Of a stretch of DNA of 26,201 bases, positions 18,336-26,201 are shown piece by piece (within the stretch, counting starts at the first letter, position 1; the number at the start of each line of letters is the position of its first letter). Made by a program: the position numbers and the translations under genes. A model generated the notes under the pieces. It was given only the letters and a program-made list of their open reading frames with translations, made no database searches and was not told where the DNA came from. The stretch covers positions 1 through 26,201 of the forward strand of contig CAZXUM010000001.1 of NCBI GenBank assembly GCA_964644005.1, written 5' to 3'. This DNA is from an uncultured Candidatus Saccharibacteria bacterium (lineage in GTDB: Bacteria; Patescibacteriota; Minisyncoccia; Phycocordibacterales; CAZXUM01).

Positions 18336-19385
18336 ATGAAAAAAGCTCTGATCACGGGGATCACTGGACAAGATGGCTCATACCTTGCAGAATTATTGCT
18401 CGAAAAAGACTACATCGTGCACGGATTAATCCGCCGCAGCTCATCATTTAATACTGAACGGTTGGCGCACATTTACCAAAAACCTCAAAGTGTTGATCGT
18501 CGATTATTTCTCCACTACGGCGACATTAACGATTCATCGTCGCTCTCACGTCTCATTGAAAAAATTAAACCTAATGAAATTTATCACCTCGCAGCACAGA
18601 GTCACGTTCGGGTAAGTTTTGATATCCCTGAGTACACCGCTGACGCTACGGGTATCGGCACCTTGCGTATTCTCGACGCGATTAAAGAATCGGGTGTTGC
18701 AACAAAATTTTACCAAGCGTCATCATCTGAAATGTTCGGCAAGGTGCTCGAAACACCTCAAAAAGAAACAACACCCTTCTATCCCCGCTCTCCATACGGC
18801 GTTGCAAAAGTATTTAGCTATTGGATCACTAAAAATTACCGCGAGAGTTACAACATCTTTGCGAGCAACGGTATCTTGTTTAACCACGAGTCACCTCGTC
18901 GCGGCGAAACCTTTGTAACCCGAAAAATCACTCGCGGACTCACTCGTATCAAAGTTGGTCTCGAAAAAGTGCTCTACCTTGGTAATCTTGATGCAAAACG
19001 CGACTGGGGATATGCAAAAGATTACGTCGAAGGTATGTGGAGAATGCTCCAACACGACACTCCAGACGATTTTATTCTTGCAACAAACGAAACACACAGT
19101 ATTCGAGAATTTGCGGAGGTGTGCGCCAAGCATCTTGGATACGATCTGATATGGGAAGGTACTGGTCTTGAGGAGAAAGGAATTGATGCAAAGACTGGCG
19201 TGCAGCTTATTGGTATCGACCCGCGCTATTTTCGCCCTGCAGAAGTAGAATTTTTACAGGGAGATTTTTCAAAAGCACAGAAGGCCTTCGGCTGGAGTCC
19301 ATCAGTCACTTTTGCAGAATTAGCTCGATTAATGACGGACGCAGACATGCGTATCGCCGAACAAGAAAAAAAACATGGACACTAA
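18336..19385 (+). CDS. gmd: GDP-mannose 4,6-dehydratase
   Basis: [61 protein letters not shown]. Confidence 0.99.
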   Translation: MKKALITGITGQDGSYLAELLLEKDYIVHGLIRRSSSFNTERLAHIYQKPQSVDRRLFLHYGDINDSSSLSRLIEKIKPNEIYHLAAQSHVRVSFDIPEYTADATGIGTLRILDAIKESGVATKFYQASSSEMFGKVLETPQKETTPFYPRSPYGVAKVFSYWITKNYRESYNIFASNGILFNHESPRRGETFVTRKITRGLTRIKVGLEKVLYLGNLDAKRDWGYAKDYVEGMWRMLQHDTPDDFILATNETHSIREFAEVCAKHLGYDLIWEGTGLEEKGIDAKTGVQLIGIDPRYFRPAEVEFLQGDFSKAQKAFGWSPSVTFAELARLMTDADMRIAEQEKKHGH

Positions 19386-20316
19386 TTCAAAAATTTTCGT
19401 TGCAGGACACAATGGACTGGTAGGATCAGCGATTGTGCGAGCGCTCCGTGGCGCAGGACACACAAACATCTGCACACGCACTCGCCAAGAACTTGATTTG
19501 CTCGATACGGCTGCGGTTCACTCTTTCTTCACAACAGAGAAACCTGAGTACATCTTTGTTGCTGCTGCAAAAGTAGGAGGTATCAACGCTAACAACACTA
19601 AGCCAGCGGAATTTATTTACGAAAACCTCACCATCCAGTCAAATATCATTCACAACGCATACCTCTCTGGTGTAACAAAACTACTGTTTCTCGGCAGCTC
19701 ATGCATCTATCCAAAACTAGCTTCCCAACCAATTAAAGAGGAGTACCTACTGAGCGGTCCACTTGAACCAACAAACAACGCGTACGCAGTAGCAAAAATT
19801 GCAGGCATCATGATGTGTCAGTCATACAACAAGCAATACGGTACAAACTACATTAGCCTCATGCCCACAAACCTCTACGGTCCTGGTGATAATTTTGATC
19901 TCTCCGCATCGCATGTGCTTCCTGCACTCATTCGAAAATTTGATGACGCCAAAAAGAGCAACGCGCCGGAAGTTGAGGTATGGGGTAGCGGAACTCCGAA
20001 ACGTGAATTTCTACACGTCGATGATTTGGCTGCAGCGTCAGTTTTTTTGATGAACAACTATAACGATTCAGAAATTGTGAACGTTGGCACCGGAGAAGAT
20101 ATTTCGATTAAAGAGGTTGCTGAGCTTATCCAGAAAACAGTCGAATACACCGGCGTTATTCGTTGGAATGCTTCGAAGCCCGATGGCACACCCCGCAAAC
20201 TACTCGATGTCAGCAAAATTCATACCCTTGGATGGAAACACGCCATTCCACTCACAGAAGGTATCATCACAACCTACCAGTGGTATCTCACCAATGTACA
20301 TACACTACGTAACTAG
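19375..20316 (+). CDS. fcl: GDP-L-fucose synthase
   Basis: [59 protein letters not shown]. Confidence 0.98.
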   Translation: MDTNSKIFVAGHNGLVGSAIVRALRGAGHTNICTRTRQELDLLDTAAVHSFFTTEKPEYIFVAAAKVGGINANNTKPAEFIYENLTIQSNIIHNAYLSGVTKLLFLGSSCIYPKLASQPIKEEYLLSGPLEPTNNAYAVAKIAGIMMCQSYNKQYGTNYISLMPTNLYGPGDNFDLSASHVLPALIRKFDDAKKSNAPEVEVWGSGTPKREFLHVDDLAAASVFLMNNYNDSEIVNVGTGEDISIKEVAELIQKTVEYTGVIRWNASKPDGTPRKLLDVSKIHTLGWKHAIPLTEGIITTYQWYLTNVHTLRN

Positions 20317-21340
20317 CTATCGCGACAATGCCCGCGATCTCAGTACCATACAGGGACTCAGAGAAGCAGGGGTGCACGTAACTGAGACCGAGCTCACAGA
20401 CACTGGGTGGAAAAAGTACCAACAACTCAGCCGGGCGCTCCGCTATGATACGCACAATCCTGCGTGGATTATTGTTGGGTATACTGGCGTTCTTTTTGTA
20501 CCATTCGTCCGACTCATCTCACGAACACCTATTGTGTACAATGCACTCGCCTCTTTTTATGAAGGCATGATTATTTCTCGGCAGCACGGTCAGTGGTTTT
20601 CATTGTCCTCCCTTCGCTACTGGATTACCGACACTGTCGCCTTTCATGCAGCTACATACATACTCGTTGAGAGCGAAGCACAGAGGGCGTTCATTCACCG
20701 AGTCTTTTTTGTTCCACTACGCAAACTTATTGTTCACTATACCAGTCTCGACGAACGTTCTTTTTTTCCTGATCCAGCAGTGGTGAAGCATTCGCAATTT
20801 GCTGTCGTTTTTCGTGGAAAATTTTTACCCGAAGCAGGGGTTGAAACATTAATTGCTGCGGCACCGGCACTTGCCCGCGCTGATATTCGAATTGAAATCT
20901 ACGGTCACGGCATGCTTGAAAAAAAAGTTCGAGAGCTGGTCGCTGCATCGCCAGCAAAAAATATACTGCTGGTAACAGACTTTCTACCCATCGATCACTT
21001 ACGCAACGCAATGCTGAAGTGTCACCTTTCTATTGGACAGCTTGCGCAACACCCCCGACTCACCCGAACTATTCCACACAAAGCATTTGAGAGTGCTGTA
21101 CTCAAACTACCGTACCTGACGGGCAGAAATGGTGCCGTCCTCGAACTATTCACTGAAGATGTTACCTGTTTGTGCTGCATACCCGGCGACCCACACGATC
21201 TCGCAGAAAAAATTATTGCAGCAAAAAACAATCCCGAGCACCTCGCCGCAATCAGCGAATCAGCCTATACCTTATACACCAATACATTCTCAGCCAAAGT
21301 GCTCGGAAAAAAACTGCTTATTCAACTCACATTTGCTTGA
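20294..21340 (+). CDS. GT4-family glycosyltransferase (likely start 20294; the track ORF is 5'-overextended)
   Basis: VFRGKFLPEAGVE, IPHKAFESAVLKLP, PGDPHDLAEKI; start overlaps the fcl end. Confidence 0.88.
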   Translation: MYIHYVTSYRDNARDLSTIQGLREAGVHVTETELTDTGWKKYQQLSRALRYDTHNPAWIIVGYTGVLFVPFVRLISRTPIVYNALASFYEGMIISRQHGQWFSLSSLRYWITDTVAFHAATYILVESEAQRAFIHRVFFVPLRKLIVHYTSLDERSFFPDPAVVKHSQFAVVFRGKFLPEAGVETLIAAAPALARADIRIEIYGHGMLEKKVRELVAASPAKNILLVTDFLPIDHLRNAMLKCHLSIGQLAQHPRLTRTIPHKAFESAVLKLPYLTGRNGAVLELFTEDVTCLCCIPGDPHDLAEKIIAAKNNPEHLAAISESAYTLYTNTFSAKVLGKKLLIQLTFA

Positions 21341-21954
21341 ATGTTGAGACTCAACGGTACGGGAACTCCTTGTACTGAAATTGCACGCGATGATCGATCA
21401 GAGAAGTTGTGGTGATCAACAGTGTCTGGTGACCAGAGACGGATATCTACAAAACCAAGATCACCGAGAAATGTGCGAGCGTACGCCTCATTCCAGAGCG
21501 TGTAGTGATTATCATACGGCGGTTTTTGACCAAGCACCTGATCGCGCACCACATCAACAATGCTTCCATTGCCCTGATAAATAGCGATCAGTTTATCAAA
21601 ATCAGGAACAGAAAAACGAAACGTACCGCCCGGCTTCAGTACTCGTTTCCACTCGAGAAGTGTCTGCTGTAATTTTTCACGAGGGATATGCTCAACCACA
21701 TGACTGGCATAGAGAAGATCGACACTCTTTGAAGAGAACATCGAAAGGTCCATAATGTCGTGCACATAGTGTATATTGGGAAACGTAAGAACATCGACGT
21801 TCGTAAATTCTGGACCTGAATCGTTGCCGCAGCCAACATTTACGTACACCTTGCCATCAGGATTTTTCGGCAGGGCAGGAGCCTTAATCGTCCGCTTCAT
21901 AATTTTAAAATGCTTTTTTATCACTTCGTACGGTTTAATAAGGTATCGTTTCAT
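21322..21954 (-). CDS. Class I SAM-dependent methyltransferase (glycan-locus type)
   Basis: VNVGCG, NVD, SVDLLYASHVVEHI, RVLKPGG.FRFSVPD. Confidence 0.9.
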   Translation of the reverse strand: MKRYLIKPYEVIKKHFKIMKRTIKAPALPKNPDGKVYVNVGCGNDSGPEFTNVDVLTFPNIHYVHDIMDLSMFSSKSVDLLYASHVVEHIPREKLQQTLLEWKRVLKPGGTFRFSVPDFDKLIAIYQGNGSIVDVVRDQVLGQKPPYDNHYTLWNEAYARTFLGDLGFVDIRLWSPDTVDHHNFSDRSSRAISVQGVPVPLSLNIQANVS

Positions 21955-22259
21955 ATCTCGCTATATTCCCATAAAAGTAGTAATTGATCTAGGGGACCGC
22001 TGCCAGGAGTGTTCGGCTGTAGCGGTGTCACGATTACGGCTTGCTTGATTGAGGACTGGGGCACCGAGGAGCGATTATACTCCGGCAGCACGGTCGCGCA
22101 CATATGCTGCGCTAAAAGCCTTTCGACGCATGTCCTAGGTCAGCATTCGGCGAATTGTCTTTGTGCCAAAATGAGATGTAGTAAGTCTATGGAAAAAAGT
22201 TGCAGGGCCGCCGACGGTAATTCACTGCACGTAGGCAAACATGGTGATGAATATAATAA

Positions 22260-23432
22260 TTAACGGTCGGGCATGAGCACGAACACTTTAGAATATATCT
22301 TTTCTAGGGGTTTTGCATAGCGGAAGAAGTTGGTACCCTTTCCGTCTTGGTACTCCATAAAAATAGTTCGATGCAATCCGAGCAGCGGTTCGAGAACGTA
22401 GTTAAAAAATCGGACACCCCATGCCGTTGTATATTTTTTCGATACCGGCAGATGCGCATGTTGTTGGTAAATAAAGTCGTACCAGCGATTTTCAGTCAGT
22501 AATATTTTTTGTGCGCCGGGGTTGTATGACAGTAGACAATTTTCTTCAAACATTAGATTGCTAAGGCTTATAATAGTATCGTCCGCAGCAATCGGAATTT
22601 TTTTAAGCTCACGAGCAACACGCAACACATTCCGTGTTGCTCGCGGCCGGAGTGAATACCGTACTCGAGAATACGTAAGAATGTGTACAGTATCAAAGGG
22701 AGCAAATACATTCTGATCACCAGCAATAGCATCCCATCGTTTATTTGGACTCTTCACCAGAACCGCTCGTAGTTCTGGACTAATACGTTTTATCCGCGCA
22801 ATACATATCGATGCGCGCAGTGCTATTGCCGGATCAGCAGCAAGAACCCACAGCGTCTTTGTATCTCCTACCGCTCGAGCGATCTCTTGAAATGCGGCAT
22901 CTTCTTCCGTAACCGACAACTGCAGTCGATCCGTCGGCGGTGACGTATCAAATGATCTGATAAAAAAAGTATCCGGCAATCCAGCAAAATAGTGGCGGTA
23001 CCGCTCAATATACTCTTCGGTAACAGCTCCCATGAGTGTGTCGATAAAAATAGCCGATCGATATCCCATAGCGTAGGCCGAAATTGAAGCGGACGACAAT
23101 GCTGAAAAGACATAGTCGACATGGTGACTCTCTCTGTACAAAAAAACTTCAGCTATCGTCGGTTCACCAATTTCAAATCCAGACAGGTCAATCAGTGACG
23201 CTTCTTTTGTTTCGTTGGGATGTGCCTGGTAGAGCAATCGGTGTTCCGGAAAATGTTTTCTGATGTATGCAAGCATCTGGTTCGTCTTTTGAATAAACCC
23301 CTGCATATTCCACCCGATCGGAAGATCACAAAAATTAGTACCAAAAAACACTACGGTTCCTGTATGAGCTCGCTGCGCCGGTCGAGAATGGTCGAGAAAA
23401 TAGGGAAAAGTAATCTTTTTGACGTTTTGCAT
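22260..23432 (-). CDS. Putative sialyltransferase-like GT-B protein with apparently swapped domain order (start more likely 23432, MQNVK)
   Basis: HP motif (LYQAHPNE) and S-S motif (VFSALSSAS) typical of CMP-binding domains, here N-terminal; adjacent to neuB and neuA. The CDS is solid; the function is inferred. Confidence 0.55.
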   Translation of the reverse strand: MQNVKKITFPYFLDHSRPAQRAHTGTVVFFGTNFCDLPIGWNMQGFIQKTNQMLAYIRKHFPEHRLLYQAHPNETKEASLIDLSGFEIGEPTIAEVFLYRESHHVDYVFSALSSASISAYAMGYRSAIFIDTLMGAVTEEYIERYRHYFAGLPDTFFIRSFDTSPPTDRLQLSVTEEDAAFQEIARAVGDTKTLWVLAADPAIALRASICIARIKRISPELRAVLVKSPNKRWDAIAGDQNVFAPFDTVHILTYSRVRYSLRPRATRNVLRVARELKKIPIAADDTIISLSNLMFEENCLLSYNPGAQKILLTENRWYDFIYQQHAHLPVSKKYTTAWGVRFFNYVLEPLLGLHRTIFMEYQDGKGTNFFRYAKPLEKIYSKVFVLMPDR

Positions 23433-23561
23433 TTCATGTATCATAACACAATCCTTTATATCATCTTTATACCCATTTGCTACTATGCAGGCAGAGAAAA
23501 ACGTGGTTTTTCAGTCACTTCTGACACTGTCCTTCGAAACACATACAAAAAGGAGAAACGA

Positions 23562-24563
23562 ATGGGACACACCATTGAGCCTGTACGGGTAGGTAACGCA
23601 CTGGTTGGCCCGGGCCACCCGACCTACGTCATTGCCGAAATCGGCATCAACCACAACGGCGACACTGATCTCACCAAGAAACTCATCGACATTGCTGCCA
23701 ACGCTGGCGCACATGCCGTAAAGTTTCAGACACGAACGATCCCCGTCGTCTACAGTCCGCAGGATTTGCAGAAACCCCGCCCCGACATTGTCGAGAAGGG
23801 TCTGCCGTACCTCAAGAACGCCATCACCCGCCGCGTCATTCCGGCACACTGTCTCACACGATTGGAGACATCCAATTTTAAAGACGGTCGCACGGAAGAG
23901 CAGAAATACATGCTCGAATTCACGGATTACGAATACGGTGAAATCGACGCGTACTGCGCACAAGTCGGCATTGCGTGGTCAGTCTCATGTTGGGACGTCG
24001 CTTCTGTGGAACGCATGGAGCAGTTCAACCTGCCGTTCCACAAGATTGCCTCACCGTGCAATGAAGACGACGATCTTCTTGTTGCCATGCGAGCAACTGG
24101 TCGTCCGCTCATTTTCTCGACGGGAATGTCGACACTCGAAAGTATCCGTGTCTCCATCGGATTACTCGGCGGCACTGACAATCTCATTCTCATGAATTGC
24201 ACCAGCGTGTACCCGCAAGGGACAAGCACGCCGGAGCTTGTGCTTCCGCTCGTTAATCTGCGGGGCATCGGCACTCTGCGAGAAGCATTCGGTGTTCCGG
24301 TTGGTCAGTCCAGCCACGACACCGGCATTGTGCCGACGTACGCGGCTGTCGCTCAGGGCGCTGACTTGATTGAAAAACATATCACCATCGAACGGGGTAT
24401 GTACGGTTCCGACCAGGCCGCTTCGGTCGAACCCGACGAGTTTGCGCGACTATGCCAATGGATTCGTGATCTGCAATTGGCCAACGGCGACGGGAAGATT
24501 ACTATCTACCCCGATGAGCAGGCGGCTATCAACAAGCTACGCCGTGTCCGACGCGTGATCTGA
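23562..24563 (+). CDS. neuB: N-acetylneuraminate (nonulosonate) synthase family, short type without SAF domain (start 23562 after SD AGGAG)
   Basis: VIAEIGINHNG, KFQ, KIAS, STGM, CTSVYP, SSHD, IEKHIT, SDQAASVEP. Confidence 0.93.
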   Translation: MGHTIEPVRVGNALVGPGHPTYVIAEIGINHNGDTDLTKKLIDIAANAGAHAVKFQTRTIPVVYSPQDLQKPRPDIVEKGLPYLKNAITRRVIPAHCLTRLETSNFKDGRTEEQKYMLEFTDYEYGEIDAYCAQVGIAWSVSCWDVASVERMEQFNLPFHKIASPCNEDDDLLVAMRATGRPLIFSTGMSTLESIRVSIGLLGGTDNLILMNCTSVYPQGTSTPELVLPLVNLRGIGTLREAFGVPVGQSSHDTGIVPTYAAVAQGADLIEKHITIERGMYGSDQAASVEPDEFARLCQWIRDLQLANGDGKITIYPDEQAAINKLRRVRRVI

Positions 24564-24587
24564 ACTATCTGTTTGTGTATAAAAACT

Positions 24588-24623
24588 GCCCCGCGAATGC
24601 ATGCATTCGCGGGGCTTTCTTTT
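24588..24623 (+). terminator. Terminator after neuB
   Basis: 28-nt perfect palindrome GCCCCGCGAATGCATGCATTCGCGGGGC followed by a T-rich run. Confidence 0.88.
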
Positions 24624-24663
24624 TAACGACACGTCAGCTACTGTCAATTATCCGTATTCAGTA

Positions 24664-24692
24664 TTGAATAGGTGCAGTACCTAGCCTATAAT
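24664..24692 (+). promoter_or_regulatory. neuA promoter TTGAAT-N17-TATAAT, 8 nt before ATG
   Basis: Read directly from the sequence. Confidence 0.7.
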
Positions 24693-24700
24693 GAGCCACT

Positions 24701-25447
24701 ATGAACACTCCGCAGCCTGTTGTTGCCATTATTCCCGCTCGAGGCGGTTCAAAGGGAGTGCCCCGAAAAAACATTTACTCTCTCGGTGGATTCCCCCTTG
24801 TTGCGTATTCAATTGTTGCGGCAACGCTGGCAAAAAAAGTTGACCGAGTAATTGTAAGTACCGACGACGAAGAAATCGCTGCTGTTGCAAAAAAATTTGG
24901 TGCCGAAGTTCCCTTCATTCGCCCGCAGCAATTCGCAACAGACGCTTCGCCCGACTACCACTATCTGCACCACGCGCTCGAGTGGTTTGAGAAAAATGAA
25001 CCTGCCCAGCCGAAGTATTTTGTAAACCTTCGTCCAACAACACCGGTTCGCAATCCACAGCACATTGATGCCGCTATCGAGCTCATACAGCAGCACCCCG
25101 AGGCAAGCTCGCTTCGCTCTGGTCATGAAATTCGCGAATCTCCGTATAAATTATTCGGCATCGAAAACGGTTTTTTCACCGGTCTATTCCCCGACGATCC
25201 GCGCGACGATTACTACGACTTACCGCGCCAAACGTTTCCACCGGTCTACCTACCCGATGGCTACGTCGATATTATCGTTACCGATTGGATTCGCAACAAC
25301 CCAACTGCCCACGGTAAAAAAATCCTTGCCTATGCCAGCCCTGATACGGGCGAAGTAGATCGCATCGAAGATTTTAATTTCATCAAGTACACCCTCGAAA
25401 AAGGAGACTGGGAAATTTACGACTATCTCAAGAAGAATTTTAGCTAA
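24701..25447 (+). CDS. neuA: Acylneuraminate cytidylyltransferase (CMP-nonulosonate synthetase)
   Basis: IIPARGGSKGVPRKNI, VIVSTDDEEIAAVAK, VPFIRP, LRPTTP, EVDRIEDF. Confidence 0.95.
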   Translation: MNTPQPVVAIIPARGGSKGVPRKNIYSLGGFPLVAYSIVAATLAKKVDRVIVSTDDEEIAAVAKKFGAEVPFIRPQQFATDASPDYHYLHHALEWFEKNEPAQPKYFVNLRPTTPVRNPQHIDAAIELIQQHPEASSLRSGHEIRESPYKLFGIENGFFTGLFPDDPRDDYYDLPRQTFPPVYLPDGYVDIIVTDWIRNNPTAHGKKILAYASPDTGEVDRIEDFNFIKYTLEKGDWEIYDYLKKNFS

Positions 25448-25465
25448 TCCAATTTTAGCTAACTC

Positions 25466-26200
25466 TTAGTACAACGCCTCCTGTAACACAGCGAACACTT
25501 CGCGAAGCGCAGGAATAGTAATCGTCAGCGGCGGCGCAATTTTAATTGAGTGCTTGTTAGTACATACCGGCAAGACACCATTACGGATACAGGCGTGCAC
25601 GACTCGCGTCGCATCTTCTGTTGTGTGAAAAATGAGAGCAGCAATCATACCGCGCACATTCACCTGCTTAATAAGCGGCGATGACGTGAGTGCGCGGAGT
25701 CGGTCCTCAAAAAAGCGCATCGTTTTTTCACGAGCGGCTATCCGTTTTTTATCTGACAAAAATTCAATGTTTGCGAGAGCCGCAGCACACACTACCGCAT
25801 TACCCGATTGTGTTCCGTGCAGGTCGGCTTTTTCATCGAGGTCGATAATCTCTTTGCGACTGAGCACCGCACCGAGTGGTAGTGATGATGAAATACCCTT
25901 GCCGAGACCGAGGATGTCGGGTTTGATATCGCTGCCGTAGGTCATGTAGCCATACAGTGGTCCCATGCGATAAAATCCTGCTTGCATTTCATCAAAGGCA
26001 ACCAGCGCTCCCACTTTTTTAGCAAACGATGAAAGATCGTTCAAAAATCCTTTTGGATACATCCACGCGCCCCATCCTTGAAACGTTTCAACAACAAATC
26101 CCGCAATCTCCTTGTGTGGCGGTAATTTTTTTGGATCGAATGTTTCTGTTCCTTCGTACGGAAATTCTAAAAAGTGTACACCGGGGTCGGTAACATTCGA
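25466..26200 (-). CDS. Class III PLP-dependent aminotransferase, 5' part beyond window edge
   Basis: Frame is open to the window end (…IAGFVVETFQGWGA…); FDEMQAGF.R, LGKGI (PLP lysine), GTQSGN, IKIAPPL. Confidence 0.92.
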   Translation of the reverse strand, partial: SNVTDPGVHFLEFPYEGTETFDPKKLPPHKEIAGFVVETFQGWGAWMYPKGFLNDLSSFAKKVGALVAFDEMQAGFYRMGPLYGYMTYGSDIKPDILGLGKGISSSLPLGAVLSRKEIIDLDEKADLHGTQSGNAVVCAAALANIEFLSDKKRIAAREKTMRFFEDRLRALTSSPLIKQVNVRGMIAALIFHTTEDATRVVHACIRNGVLPVCTNKHSIKIAPPLTITIPALREVFAVLQEALY

Positions 26201-26201
26201 C

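Noticed and set aside
20084-20293. 5' extension of the GT4 ORF; likewise 23220..23561 of the neuB ORF
   Set aside because: They overlap fcl and the sialyltransferase-like gene; better starts exist at 20294 and at SD-led 23562.
21951-22260. Minus-strand frame interrupted by a single TGA (possible recoding, genetic code 25)
   Set aside because: TGA terminates neuB, groEL and the GT4 gene normally, no long gene needs readthrough, and the translation resembles nothing recognisable.
22009-22263. 84-aa Cys-rich plus-strand ORF
   Set aside because: GTG start with no promoter, no recognisable Cys spacing pattern and no terminator; likely spurious.

Overview
A 26.2-kb bacterial chromosomal window. 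Gene content, protein features and the near absence of Shine-Dalgarno sites suggest Patescibacteria/CPR (Parcubacteria-like); this is an inference. The left half is housekeeping: eno (5' fragment), cardiolipin synthase, secA, murB, groEL/groES, secG, a membrane-anchored family-5 solute-binding protein, RNase J, an MFS transporter, a SAM methyltransferase and an orphan HlyD/RND adaptor. The right half is a surface-glycan locus: O-antigen-ligase/PglL-like protein with a TPR-like tail, gmd, fcl, a GT4 glycosyltransferase, a methyltransferase, a sialyltransferase-like protein, a NeuB-family synthase, NeuA and a class III aminotransferase (5'-truncated). Main signals outside the ORF track: (i) a 31-aa Lys/Arg-rich histone-H1-like peptide gene whose promoter carries tandem DnaA boxes; (ii) a candidate sRNA between groEL and murB with a 14-nt perfect complement to the groEL 3' UTR; (iii) nine genes with a -10 box only 6-9 nt before ATG, implying leaderless transcripts, versus a few SD-led self-contained cassettes; (iv) a sialyltransferase-like protein with apparently swapped domain order beside a NeuB with a ~30-aa loop insertion. 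No tRNA, rRNA, CRISPR array or transposase was recognised.
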